64,000 bases of DNA from a virus (Duplodnaviria > Caudoviricetes). Below, piece after piece: positions 1 to 8,886 of this stretch. The translations under genes and the position numbers were made by a program. The number at the start of each line of letters is the position of its first letter. Position 1 is the first letter of the stretch. Where the stretch lies: IMG/VR virus record IMGVR_UViG_3300044878_000205, positions 12,589-76,588 of that record; one strand, given 5' to 3'. Under the pieces are notes generated by a model. That model was not told the DNA's origin and did not search any database. It saw only the letters and a program-made list of their open reading frames with translations.

Positions 1-2
1 TG

Positions 3-512
3 CGTGCGCGGGTGCAGGCGGCCTTCAAAAACCCCAGCAAGGTCGGCAACGGTGCCGATTTTATCGAGTGGGCCTTGGAGGTGCCGGGTGTCACCCGGGC
101 CTGGGCCCTCCAGCGCTGGATGGGGCCTGGCACGTTTGGCCTGGCGTTCGTGCGCGATGGTGATCCCGACATCATCCCCACGCCGACGCAGGTCGCCGAA
201 GTGCAAGCCCATCTGGACAAAAAACGGCCGGTGACGTCCGAGGTGTATGCCTTGGCTCCGGCGAAGCGCCTGCTGAATTTCAGCCTGCACTTGACCCCTG
301 ACAGCACGGCGTTGCGCGCGGCCGTCGAGCAGGCGTTGTCCGGTCTGATCGTGGATGAAGGCGGCCCCGGCGAAACGCTGCTGCTGACCCATGTGCGGGC
401 CGTGATCAGCAACACCCCGGGGGAAACCAACCATGTGTTGAGTGCGCCGGTGGCGGATGTGGTGATGGCGGCTAACGAAGTGGCGGTGCCGGGGGTGTTC
501 ACATGGCTTTAA
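3..512 (+). CDS. Baseplate J / Mu gp47-like protein, 5' truncated by window edge
   Basis: WALEVPGVTRAW motif; homolog of C-terminus of 37457-38500. Confidence 0.9.
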   Translation, partial: RARVQAAFKNPSKVGNGADFIEWALEVPGVTRAWALQRWMGPGTFGLAFVRDGDPDIIPTPTQVAEVQAHLDKKRPVTSEVYALAPAKRLLNFSLHLTPDSTALRAAVEQALSGLIVDEGGPGETLLLTHVRAVISNTPGETNHVLSAPVADVVMAANEVAVPGVFTWL

Positions 513-1147
513 CCGAGGCGGATTACCGGCAGCAGCTGGGCCAGCTGCTGCCGCCAGGCCCGGCGTTTGATCTGGAGTTGCAGCCGGACTGGGCGCAGAT
601 CGTGGCAGCCCTGGCCCCGGAGCTGGCCCGGGTCGATGACAACGGCGAGGCGCTGCTGCTGGAGATGAACCCGGCCACGGCCACGGTGTTGCTGCCGTAT
701 TGGGAGGGCTATCTGGGCCTGCCCGATGTATGCACGGTGCCCGGTTCGCAAACCCTGGAGGAGCGCCGCCAAGCGGTGATCGACAAGCTGACCGCGACCG
801 GTGCGCCGCAACTGAGCTATTACCGCAAGCTGGCCACTCAGCTGGGTATCACCATGGAGATTGAAGAATTCCGCCCAGCTCGGGTGGGCGTAGCTAAGGT
901 CGGCGATTTTCTCTATGGGGCCGGCTGGCCCTGGAGTTGGATCGCCTCAGTACCCATTGACGCCTATGGCACGCCCGAGGCGGCCGCGCTGGATTGTCGG
1001 CTGCGGCGCGACGCGCCGGAGTACACCGATGTGGAGCTGGGCTTTGGTCACGAGGTTGTCGCGGGCATTACGTCGAAAGTGGATCAACTGTTCAACGCCA
1101 TTCATTACGTGGTGCCGGGCGCTGTGGCCGGCATCGAGGACCTATAG
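503..1147 (+). CDS. Mu gp48/YmfQ-like baseplate wedge protein
   Basis: LLPPGPAF...LLPYWE.YLGLPD signature; follows baseplate J. Confidence 0.85.
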   Translation: MALTEADYRQQLGQLLPPGPAFDLELQPDWAQIVAALAPELARVDDNGEALLLEMNPATATVLLPYWEGYLGLPDVCTVPGSQTLEERRQAVIDKLTATGAPQLSYYRKLATQLGITMEIEEFRPARVGVAKVGDFLYGAGWPWSWIASVPIDAYGTPEAAALDCRLRRDAPEYTDVELGFGHEVVAGITSKVDQLFNAIHYVVPGAVAGIEDL

Positions 1148-1148
1148 C

Positions 1149-1928
1149 ATGCAGAGAATTTCCAGCTGGACCGATTTGGTCGCCGCCCTGGGCCTTTTTC
1201 GTTACGGCACCGTAACGGGCGGGGTCGCACCCACACCGCTCAAGGCGGAATGGCTGAACATGGTGCAGGAAGAGTTGGCCAATTTTATCCTGGCTTACTT
1301 GCCCGCGCTGGACGTCAATGACAACACGCAGCTGCTCAAGGCCATTCAGGCCTTTGGGTCAAGCTACCCCCTGAAGGCCACCACCTTGGCCGGCTACGGC
1401 ATTTCGAATGCGTACACCAAGCTGGAGACTGATGGGCTGCTGTCGCAGAAAGCCAACAACGCCACCACCTTGGCCGGGTACGGCATCCTTAATGCCTATA
1501 CCAAGCCGGAGACTGATTGGCTGTTGTCGCAGAAAGCCAACTGGGCGATCACCTTGGCGGGCTATGGCATTGGCGATGCGTATACCAAGACAGTGATCGA
1601 CGCCGCGTTGGCTACCAAGCAAGACAAAAACACCGCGGTGATGGCGCCCGTGGGATGGCGCCTGGATAAAGCCACTGGGTTTCTGGAACAGTGGGGCAAT
1701 GGCTATTGCCCGCCGGATACCACCACCGCACCAATCGACTTTCCGACGCCCTTTGCCGAGGTTTACAACTGCTTCGGAAACAAGATCACCACCAACGCGG
1801 TGGACAGTGACGGCAACTCCGCCGGGGCTTTTTCGACCAGCGCGACGCAGTATCAGTTGTTCAACGATACGAATCTCATTGGGGTCACCGTGCATTGGCG
1901 CGCAATTGGCAAGGCCCCTGGGTACTAA
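1149..1928 (+). CDS. Tail fibre protein with three TTLAGYGI repeats
   Basis: Start reassigned to ATG 1149; AEWLNMVQEEL N-terminus, TLAGYGIxxAYTK repeats, EQWG...FPTPF C-terminal domain. Confidence 0.85.
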   Translation: MQRISSWTDLVAALGLFRYGTVTGGVAPTPLKAEWLNMVQEELANFILAYLPALDVNDNTQLLKAIQAFGSSYPLKATTLAGYGISNAYTKLETDGLLSQKANNATTLAGYGILNAYTKPETDWLLSQKANWAITLAGYGIGDAYTKTVIDAALATKQDKNTAVMAPVGWRLDKATGFLEQWGNGYCPPDTTTAPIDFPTPFAEVYNCFGNKITTNAVDSDGNSAGAFSTSATQYQLFNDTNLIGVTVHWRAIGKAPGY

Positions 1929-1964
1929 CCCGGACAGGCCCGGTCACCCCTCACACAGCCCCGG

Positions 1965-1984
1965 CCCGCACAGCGGGTTTTTTT
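1965..1984 (+). terminator. Intrinsic terminator-like hairpin
   Basis: cccgc-aca-gcggg followed by T7. Confidence 0.6.
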
Positions 1985-2002
1985 ACGTCTGGAGAAACAT
2001 GC

Positions 2003-3805
2003 ATGACCGAGATTTCCGCGCTAGAAGCCTACGCAGGCCAGATATCGGAAGCGGCGCAGCTTTCGACTGCGGCAGCAGAACTACAGCACCGCTTTGTCCA
2101 TGGTGGCGTGGATGAGGTCATCCAGACCGAATCTGGCCCGCTGCCGTCGCTGGCCAAGTGGCGCCAGGATTTAGCGCTGCTGGAGACGCTGCTGGCCGAC
2201 CCGAACGATCCGAGTAAGGGGGTAGGGAAAATTCCCTCGGCGATTCGCACCGTCGGCACGGTGGCTGAGATGGTGGCCATGTCCGGGTGGGTGGCTGGGC
2301 AGCGCGTGCAAACCTTGGGGTACTACGCCTTGGGTGATGGCGGGGCTAACGTGTACACGGTGGTCGCCAAGGGGGCGTCAGTCGTGGATGGCGGGCGCTT
2401 CATCGCCACCTCGAATGCCGGGCTATTGTTTCGCGGCGAGTTTATCAATGGCGAAGTCCGGGTCAAGCAGTTCGGTGCTGCCTTCAACGTTGCGGTGAAT
2501 GACACCTTACCGTTTGCATTGGCCACGTTGTTTGCCCGCACGCGGGGGTATTGCCCGGTAAAACTGGAACCGGCCACGATCCTGATCGACCCGTGGACGC
2601 CGGGCAACAAGGATGTGTTGGAAGGGGCTGGGCGAGGTCGCAGTTTCATCAAGGGCACCGCGGGCACTCACGTCTTAAAGCTCAGCAGTAAAGCCGTGGG
2701 GGTCGTCACCGATCGTTTAGACCCATGTAAAGACGTCAAGTTGCGGGATTTCACCGTCCTCGCCGACAACGCCGATTTTGGCATCTACGTGAACTTCGGG
2801 TTATTCCTCGACCTGGATCGGATTACCGTGTGGAACGCCAAGGTGTGCAACGTGTTTATTGCGTACTGCTTTGGCTGTGACTTCGGCGATCTGACGTACG
2901 AGTACGGAAAAGGCACGGGGCTCGAGTTCGGCAACAACCGGTTTGGCTGGCCCAATATCGTGGGCGAATCCCCGGTGTTGAACCACGGCAACTGTATCCG
3001 GCGGGCGCGTGGATACAGTAATGGCCTGGGCTTGGTCGCCAGACCCGCCACCGTCAGCGGCGCTATTGATGGGGCCGGTTCGGTGTGGGGCCCGGGTTTC
3101 GTCAATGATATCGGCCTGGTCTACAACGAACTCAATAATGGGACTGGGGTTGTGGTGCTGCCCGGAATGGGCTACACGCTGGCGATGGTGTACAACGAGA
3201 AAAACGACAACTTAGCACTGCCGGCGGACACTCGCACTGAGGTGTATGCCAACAGCAGTGAGGCGTCTATTGGTGACGTGTTTACCGAATACGGTGGCAA
3301 TCATGCTGTCTGGAACGCCAACGTGCTCTGTATCAACAACCACCGTGGGGTACAACTCAACGGCCCCGGCTTCGTCAAGATCACCGGGCTGTACAAGGGC
3401 ACCTACGCCACCAATCCCCGCCTAGTTCCGCTGCTGATCTTCTCCGCCAAGGGCAACAAGTTGGAACTTACTAACAGCTTTACTTTGCCGGCCAACTTGC
3501 CGCCTGAATCTTCCCGGCAGTATGAGCGCAGCGGCGCCTACCGCATGTACCCGGAGGTCACCATTGAGGATGCGGCGACGCTGACAGCGGGCCCGAACAT
3601 CCGCATCTACAAAAAGTCGGATGGGACGTCGGTCTACAATGGCACTCTCTTGATGACAGGCGCGCAGACAGCGGGCACGCGGGTAAAGCTGCCGGCCTTG
3701 GACTTTTTATGGGACCCGGCGGAAACCTATCGAATTCAGTTTTATGGGTTGGATGGTTACGCCGGCCGGGTCGGCATTAGTCTGTATGTCGAGGTGATGG
3801 TCTGA
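2003..3805 (+). CDS. Tailspike / receptor-binding protein (probable beta-helix depolymerase)
   Basis: ATG 2003 after ggaga RBS; N-terminal anchor shared with 39981; TLGYYALGDGGA and VKQFGA...NDT motifs typical of tailspikes. Confidence 0.75.
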   Translation: MTEISALEAYAGQISEAAQLSTAAAELQHRFVHGGVDEVIQTESGPLPSLAKWRQDLALLETLLADPNDPSKGVGKIPSAIRTVGTVAEMVAMSGWVAGQRVQTLGYYALGDGGANVYTVVAKGASVVDGGRFIATSNAGLLFRGEFINGEVRVKQFGAAFNVAVNDTLPFALATLFARTRGYCPVKLEPATILIDPWTPGNKDVLEGAGRGRSFIKGTAGTHVLKLSSKAVGVVTDRLDPCKDVKLRDFTVLADNADFGIYVNFGLFLDLDRITVWNAKVCNVFIAYCFGCDFGDLTYEYGKGTGLEFGNNRFGWPNIVGESPVLNHGNCIRRARGYSNGLGLVARPATVSGAIDGAGSVWGPGFVNDIGLVYNELNNGTGVVVLPGMGYTLAMVYNEKNDNLALPADTRTEVYANSSEASIGDVFTEYGGNHAVWNANVLCINNHRGVQLNGPGFVKITGLYKGTYATNPRLVPLLIFSAKGNKLELTNSFTLPANLPPESSRQYERSGAYRMYPEVTIEDAATLTAGPNIRIYKKSDGTSVYNGTLLMTGAQTAGTRVKLPALDFLWDPAETYRIQFYGLDGYAGRVGISLYVEVMV

Positions 3806-3959
3806 CGCCAGTGAAGGCCTATGGCGGGGCGCCCCGCCACACCTCCCAGGCGGCTCGCTGAGTTTAAAATACCCTTAAAGTTAGGCGTGTATGCAGCAGC
3901 AAAGCCGGTTCGGTTAGTGTAAAGTTGCCACACTTAATTGAACTGGCTGAGGGGTACTT

Positions 3960-5105
3960 ATGCAGGATGCAAAACGGTTTCGGGCGCTCGATAGTTTTAG
4001 GGGACTCTTTGCGCTATCCGTGGTTATTTATCATATGGATATTGTCGGGACCTTCACAGACTTAGCGTTTTTTCGACATGCCGATTTATTTGTGGAGTTC
4101 TTTTTTGTCTTGAGCGGGTTTGTCATGGCACATGCTTATGGCAAAAAAGAACGCGTGGATTTTCGGCGGTTTGTGATTGCTCGGACGTTCAGACTGTTGC
4201 CGCTGCACTGGCTAATGCTGGCAGTCTTTATAGTGTTAGAAGTCTGCAAGTCAATTGCTTATAGCAAAGGTATTTCGTTTAACTATGAGCCTTTCACCGG
4301 CGCCGCTGCACCGTCTGAAATCCTCCCGAATGCCCTGTTGCTTCAGTCGTGGACCAGCTTGACCGACCCGTTGTCGTTTAACTATCCGTCCTGGAGCATC
4401 AGCGTCGAATATTACATGTACATGATTTTTCTGGCGGTCTTAGCGGTCGGGCTCAAGCAAAGGGTGTTGGTCTGGGCGGCCATAGCGGCATTGGCCTTTG
4501 TGGCCTTAACCTCGGATGTTGATATCCTGACGCCGAGCGCACTGCGCGGCTTGTCATGCTTCTTTGCGGGCGCGTTGTCCTATGTGCTGTATCGTTATAT
4601 CAGCGACAAAGTGTCTTGCAGCTTTAAAGTACTTACGTGTTTAGAGCTGCTGTCGTTGCTGTTGGTTGTCCTGCTGCTGTCGTTTAACTTTGACAGCAAG
4701 GTGCTACTGGCCAGCCTGCTGTTCTGTTTGGTGGTGGTGGTGTACGCGTTCGATGGGGGCGCCGTGTCCAAAGCACTAGATACCCGCTGGTTTTCCTTGG
4801 TCGGCAAAGTCTCCTATTCAGTTTACCTCACGCATGCCGCAGTGTGGTTTTGCACCCTTTCCGGGTTCATCGTTATGCAAAAGGTCTTCGGTATTGAGCT
4901 GGCGCCGATGATTGATGACAAGCGCTACATTGATACAGGCAACCTGCTTTTAAATAATGTTCTGGCGGTGTCTGTGTTATTGATTGTTATTGGTGTTTCT
5001 GTCGTAACGTACAAGTACGTCGAAGTGTGGGGCCAGAGCATCGGCTCACGCATCATTAATAGAGGATCGAAGTTTAGCGCGATGCCGGAGATTGGCCGTC
5101 CATAA
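3960..5105 (+). CDS. Acyltransferase family 3 (OafA-like), probable surface polysaccharide O-acyltransferase
   Basis: ALDSFRG, VEFFFVLSGFV, PSWSISVE, GKVSYSVYLTH motifs; multi-TM; lower GC. Confidence 0.9.
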   Translation: MQDAKRFRALDSFRGLFALSVVIYHMDIVGTFTDLAFFRHADLFVEFFFVLSGFVMAHAYGKKERVDFRRFVIARTFRLLPLHWLMLAVFIVLEVCKSIAYSKGISFNYEPFTGAAAPSEILPNALLLQSWTSLTDPLSFNYPSWSISVEYYMYMIFLAVLAVGLKQRVLVWAAIAALAFVALTSDVDILTPSALRGLSCFFAGALSYVLYRYISDKVSCSFKVLTCLELLSLLLVVLLLSFNFDSKVLLASLLFCLVVVVYAFDGGAVSKALDTRWFSLVGKVSYSVYLTHAAVWFCTLSGFIVMQKVFGIELAPMIDDKRYIDTGNLLLNNVLAVSVLLIVIGVSVVTYKYVEVWGQSIGSRIINRGSKFSAMPEIGRP

Positions 5106-5426
5106 AATTCCGGAAATGGCGGTTGGATCTGATACGACCGCCATTTTACTTTTAGTAGCTACCGTCGTTTTTGCCGGAGGCGAACCTTATCCCAGCTTTT
5201 GTCGTTGTAAAACGAGCCAGTATCACCGCGAATTAAGAACAAGGTCGCTCTGTAAAAGGATGTCCGGCGAGTGCATCGCAACTCTCTCAGCTTGAGATAA
5301 GCCCATTTCCAGCTGCGCTTAGGTGTGTGTTCCATACATATCCCTGAACCAAAGTCGTAAGTTTACTGATTGTATCAGCCCGAACTGATGTCAGGCTCCG
5401 ATTGGATGCCTCGATTTCAACCTACG

Positions 5427-5451
5427 AGCCCGCCATGCGCGGGCTTTCTTT
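5427..5451 (+). terminator. Terminator-like hairpin before endolysin
   Basis: agcccgc-catgc-gcgggct + ttcttt. Confidence 0.55.
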
Positions 5452-5467
5452 CGCCCGGAGAAAAGTA

Positions 5468-5893
5468 ATGACTGATACATCGAAAGACCGTGACGTCCTC
5501 GCCCGCACCTTATGGGGCGAGGCCCGGGGCGAGAGCCAAGCCGGCATGGAGGCGTGTGCCTGGACCATCCGTAACCGGGTATTTGATGGCAAGGCCAAGT
5601 CCTGGTGGGGCGAGGGCTATGCCGGGGTGTGTCAGCAGCCCTGGCAGTTCAGCTGCTGGAACGCCAACGATCCCAACTCGCCGTACCTCAAGGGGGCCAA
5701 GCCGATCCCGGCCGGCGAATACAAGAAGGCGTTGGCGGTGGCCACCGCGGTGATCAATGGCACGGTGCCGGACCCCACCGGCGGCGCCACGCACTACTAC
5801 GCGACCACCATGCCCAAGGCCCCAACGTGGTCCAAGGGCGCCACGCTGACGCTCAAGCTCGGCCAGCACCGGTTCTATAAGGACGTGCCGTGA
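5468..5893 (+). CDS. Endolysin, SleB-like cell wall hydrolase (Hydrolase_2)
   Basis: LARTLWGEARGE, QFSCWN, DPTGGATHYY motifs; start reassigned to ATG 5468. Confidence 0.9.
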   Translation: MTDTSKDRDVLARTLWGEARGESQAGMEACAWTIRNRVFDGKAKSWWGEGYAGVCQQPWQFSCWNANDPNSPYLKGAKPIPAGEYKKALAVATAVINGTVPDPTGGATHYYATTMPKAPTWSKGATLTLKLGQHRFYKDVP

Positions 5894-6459
5894 GTCCCGC
5901 GGCGCTGAAAGGCGCGTTGCTCGGTGGGCTGCTGCTGGTGCTGCTGACCGCCGCCGGCGTGTGGCAGGTGCAGGACTGGCGTTATGGTCAGCAGCTGGCC
6001 ATGCAGGCCGGGAGGCATCAGGACGATCTGACGGCCCTGGGCAATGCCGCCGCGGCTCAGGTCCGCACCGTTCAAGCCCGGCGTCTGGCCCTCGAGCAGC
6101 GCCTGGCGACCCTCGATCAATCCCACCATAAGGAACTGTCCGATGCGCACACCCTGCAGGCTCGCCTGCGTGACCGTCTGGCTACTGCTGATCTGCGGCT
6201 GTCAGTCCTCCTCGCCGCACCTGCAGGTGGTGGCGACCGAGTGTCAACCACCCCCGGCGCCGGCGGCGTGGTTCATGGAGGCGCGCGCGGCGAACTTGAC
6301 CCAGCGGCTGCTCAACGAATTGTCGCCATCACCGGCGCCGGCGATGACGGACTGATCGCCCTGGCCGCGTGTCAGGCCTATGTGCGTGAGGTCAGCACGG
6401 CGACCGGGCCGGAGCCAACAGGCCCGGACACTTCGCCCCGGTGGCGGGGTGGCGGGTAA
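5890..6459 (+). CDS. Rz: Rz-like inner-membrane spanin
   Basis: N-terminal TM, coiled coil, ALAACQAYVR C-terminus; follows endolysin. Confidence 0.85.
   Translation: MSPAALKGALLGGLLLVLLTAAGVWQVQDWRYGQQLAMQAGRHQDDLTALGNAAAAQVRTVQARRLALEQRLATLDQSHHKELSDAHTLQARLRDRLATADLRLSVLLAAPAGGGDRVSTTPGAGGVVHGGARGELDPAAAQRIVAITGAGDDGLIALAACQAYVREVSTATGPEPTGPDTSPRWRGGG
6143..6355 (+). CDS. Rz1: Rz1-like outer-membrane lipoprotein spanin nested in Rz
   Basis: +1 frame, aaggaa RBS, lipobox-like LICG-C, Pro-rich PPPAPAAWFM; conserved at 44774. Confidence 0.8.
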   Translation: MRTPCRLACVTVWLLLICGCQSSSPHLQVVATECQPPPAPAAWFMEARAANLTQRLLNELSPSPAPAMTD

Positions 6460-6659
6460 CGAAACGTTTTGATTTGCGGGAGGTTTGGCGACTACTATCA
6501 GCGGGCGCCGGGTGGGACGATGGTGTCTTTTGGAGCGTTGCGCTCCAGTCCCGCGGAAAATATTAAACAGTATTGATGTTAAATACACGGCGCTTTTGCT
6601 ATGCTTTTGCCGTCTGGCACGAAAGCCAGGGAAGAATTAGAACTAAAACAAGGGCTTAG

Positions 6660-6737
6660 AAAAAAGAAAACCCCAGGCCTGCAAGCCTAGGGTTTTCGGT
6701 GATCGATCCGCTAAACAAACTCTGGATGACCGTCGCA
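6660..6737 (-). ncRNA. Putative CopA-like antisense copy-number RNA (~75-80 nt)
   Basis: Minus-strand promoter TTGCGC-N17-TAAACT (6772-6744); hairpin 6666-6697 with 6-nt loop followed by a U-run; lies in the rep leader; ends approximate. Confidence 0.65.
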
Positions 6738-6743
6738 GGTCGG

Positions 6744-6772
6744 AGTTTAGTGGACGGTCCCCTTCTGCGCAA
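6744..6772 (-). promoter_or_regulatory. Sigma70-like promoter for the antisense RNA
   Basis: TTGCGC-N17-TAAACT on minus strand; TTGCAC-N17-TAAACT in unit 3. Confidence 0.6.
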
Positions 6773-6793
6773 GCCCGTTGCTGGGGAGCAACC

Positions 6794-6871
6794 ATGCTGC
6801 ATTTCGACCGTTTGCCGCGGCTACACCCGCGGTCCGACCGCACCACTCGCCTCGCAAGGGGCGCGCTATGA
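6794..6871 (+). CDS. Tap-like leader peptide (25 aa) translationally coupled to repA
   Basis: ggggag RBS; MLHFDRLPRLHPRSDRTTRLARGAL; its TGA overlaps the repA ATG (ATGA). Confidence 0.7.
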   Translation: MLHFDRLPRLHPRSDRTTRLARGAL

Positions 6872-7761
6872 CCCTCCGTGCGGTCAAGTCGTTTCTCCCG
6901 GCGGGCTCGCCGGCCAGTGCGGTGTATGCCGCCCTCGATGCCGCCCTCGACGCGCCGGCCGCCCCCTCCCAGCCACCCCCCTTCAAAAAAGTCTTGCCGC
7001 CGGTGGGCCACCAGTCTGTGCGCCGTCCGCGCCGGCTGTCGGCCAAACAAGCGGCGACCTTCCTCGGTGACGCGGTCAAGCGCATCAAGGCCGAGGCCAG
7101 CGACCGCTCCGGCAAATACCTGCGTTGCCTGGACACCGTGCACCAGGCCGGCGGCCGTACCCGCGCCGAGCGCTGGCAGGCCCTGGCGGCGATTGCCGAG
7201 CCGCTGCTGGCCCGGCTTGACATTGCCACCGGCTGCCTGGGCTACCTGGACGCGCAGGGCCAGTTCCGCCTCAACCGCCAGAACGGCATGGCCGAGGACG
7301 CGGGCATCAGCCCGACGCGCCTGTGCCGGCTGCTCAAGGCCCTGGAGAAAGCCAAGTACACCTTGCGCAAGATCAAGCGCCTGTACCGCAACGGTAAGCG
7401 CTGGGTCTGCCGCATCACCATCTACGTGCGCCCGCGCTTCTTTATTGACCTCGGACTGGGCTTCCAGCACGCCGCGTCACGCACCGCTAAGGCCAAGGCC
7501 TACCTGAAGAAGCGCCGTCAGGCGCAGGCCGTGCAGCAGCAGGCGCTGCTCGATGACGTGGCTGCCGCCCATGACCGGCGCATGAGCCATCGCGGGGCCG
7601 AGGCCGCCCGTGCTGAGACGCGCAAGGCCGCCGAGAACACCTCGAAAATCCAGGCGATGCAGCACAAGGCTGGCGTCCTCTCGGAGCTGGCCAAGGCCAA
7701 CCCGGGCAAGGGCCATGCCGAGATCATGGCCCTCTACCACCAGCTGCATCCCGCCTCCTAA
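6868..7761 (+). CDS. repA: Plasmid replication initiator, IncFII RepA-like
   Basis: HTH-like GMAEDAGISPTRLCRLLKAL...ITIYVRPRFFIDLG resembles IncFII RepA; leader-peptide/antisense context; long noncoding region downstream. Confidence 0.65.
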   Translation: MTLRAVKSFLPAGSPASAVYAALDAALDAPAAPSQPPPFKKVLPPVGHQSVRRPRRLSAKQAATFLGDAVKRIKAEASDRSGKYLRCLDTVHQAGGRTRAERWQALAAIAEPLLARLDIATGCLGYLDAQGQFRLNRQNGMAEDAGISPTRLCRLLKALEKAKYTLRKIKRLYRNGKRWVCRITIYVRPRFFIDLGLGFQHAASRTAKAKAYLKKRRQAQAVQQQALLDDVAAAHDRRMSHRGAEAARAETRKAAENTSKIQAMQHKAGVLSELAKANPGKGHAEIMALYHQLHPAS

Positions 7762-7929
7762 GCCCCGTCCTTTGCGCACCGCTACCGGCGGTGTGTTCGC
7801 GTGCCTGCCCTTCTGACAACGCCGTCCAGCCCCCTTCCAGCGCCCTTGTCGGCCCTCGTTCTGCCCCTCATTTGCCGCCATTCCCCTCCGTTTCACCGGT
7901 CGTTCCGGCGCGCGCCCGTCCAGGCGTTA

Positions 7930-8097
7930 AAGCCTTTGGAATAACTGCAATTTTATAGGTCGAGTGGTACCACCCAAGGGTTAGTAACAGAGCCTTTAGG
8001 TTCCGTGGAGTGCTCTGGATCGAGGCCTGACTTGATTCAGTAGAAAGAATGCCTGCCCACTTCGCGCCTGGAGGCGCGGGGCAAGGGCACCCCTCGG
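7930..8097. other. Candidate replication origin downstream of repA
   Basis: Noncoding, relatively AT-rich block highly conserved with ~46571-46739 while the flanks diverge; position matches IncFII oriR. Confidence 0.45.
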
Positions 8098-8498
8098 TGC
8101 CCGTGCCGCCGCCGGCGTGTCAGGTGGCCGCCGTTCCAGTTACTCCCGCCGCTGCGCGTCGTCCGCGCCTTCACGTCGCCAGGGCTACGCCCCACGAAGG
8201 TCGCGCACGCGCTCCAGCGATCAATGAACGGGGTGGGCTGGTCGATTTTGTCCGCCCTAGACGGCCGCAGCGCTTGCTCTGGCGTCGAGCGGGTGTCAGG
8301 CAAGGCGTGGCGTCAGGTTCGGTGGGGCACGGTGCAGGCGCGCTTGGGCGGGTTCGGATGTTTGTGTCCGAGCGCGGGTGGTGGTCGGGTCGTGTTGCGT
8401 GGCCATCATTTGGCCACCGTCCGGTGCCTCGGGGTAAAGGCGTGAAAGCCTTGTCCCGCAAGGGTTGCGGACCGAGCGATCCTTGGGAAGTTCCATAG

Positions 8499-8518
8499 GC
8501 GAATTAGCGAATTAGCTA
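8499..8518. repeat. parS-like 8-bp tandem repeat
   Basis: gcgaattagcgaattagcta; same motif as the arrays flanking parA. Confidence 0.6.
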
Positions 8519-8593
8519 TTGAGATACGTCGGTCGCTATGTAAAATGCATCATCGCCCAGGCCTTTTGCCCGGGCCCAGATGGAGCTGTGCCG

Positions 8594-8821
8594 TTGAGCC
8601 GCGAAGCCTTACACACCCAAATGAAGGAACATGCCCGGTGTCTGTCCCTGCCTCAAGTGGTCCAGTCGATTGAGAACCTGGGCGGCGGGAATTTGCCGGC
8701 GATTGAGCTCATCTTGCGCAGCCTGCTGCTTGACGTGTACAGCGAACGTCAGGGCGCCGAAGCGGCCCGCCGGCTGATGGCTCAGCTGGAGATTGCCCAG
8801 CCGGGTGTGTTGCTGGCCTGA
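8594..8821 (+). CDS. Hypothetical protein conserved in unit 3
   Basis: Homolog at 47263-47490; start uncertain. Confidence 0.6.
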   Translation: MSREALHTQMKEHARCLSLPQVVQSIENLGGGNLPAIELILRSLLLDVYSERQGAEAARRLMAQLEIAQPGVLLA

Positions 8822-8886
8822 TTTGGATAGGGCTAGTCCCGACTTTACACCTGGTGTAAAGATGGACTTTTGAAAGGAGTCGTCGC

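Larger units (their letters stand above)
1..6457 (+). mobile_element. Unit 1 (partial): baseplate, tail fibre/tailspike, acyltransferase and lysis end of a prophage/phage-plasmid
   Basis: Collinear homolog of ~37990-45077 with a different tailspike and acyltransferase; right boundary chosen arbitrarily where near-identity with 45078 begins. Confidence 0.85.

Noticed and set aside
2003-3805. Diversity-generating retroelement or invertase shufflon at the tail fibre
   Set aside because: No reverse transcriptase, TR/VR pair, serine invertase or inverted crossover sites seen.
6557-6584. Second dif-like site (tgatgttaaat matches the XerD arm 10/11)
   Set aside because: The mismatch is in the conserved inner TTA and no XerC-like arm sits at 6-bp spacing; more likely part of the rep promoter.
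8037-8498. ORFs in the post-repA region
   Set aside because: Low-complexity translations with frames not conserved in unit 3.
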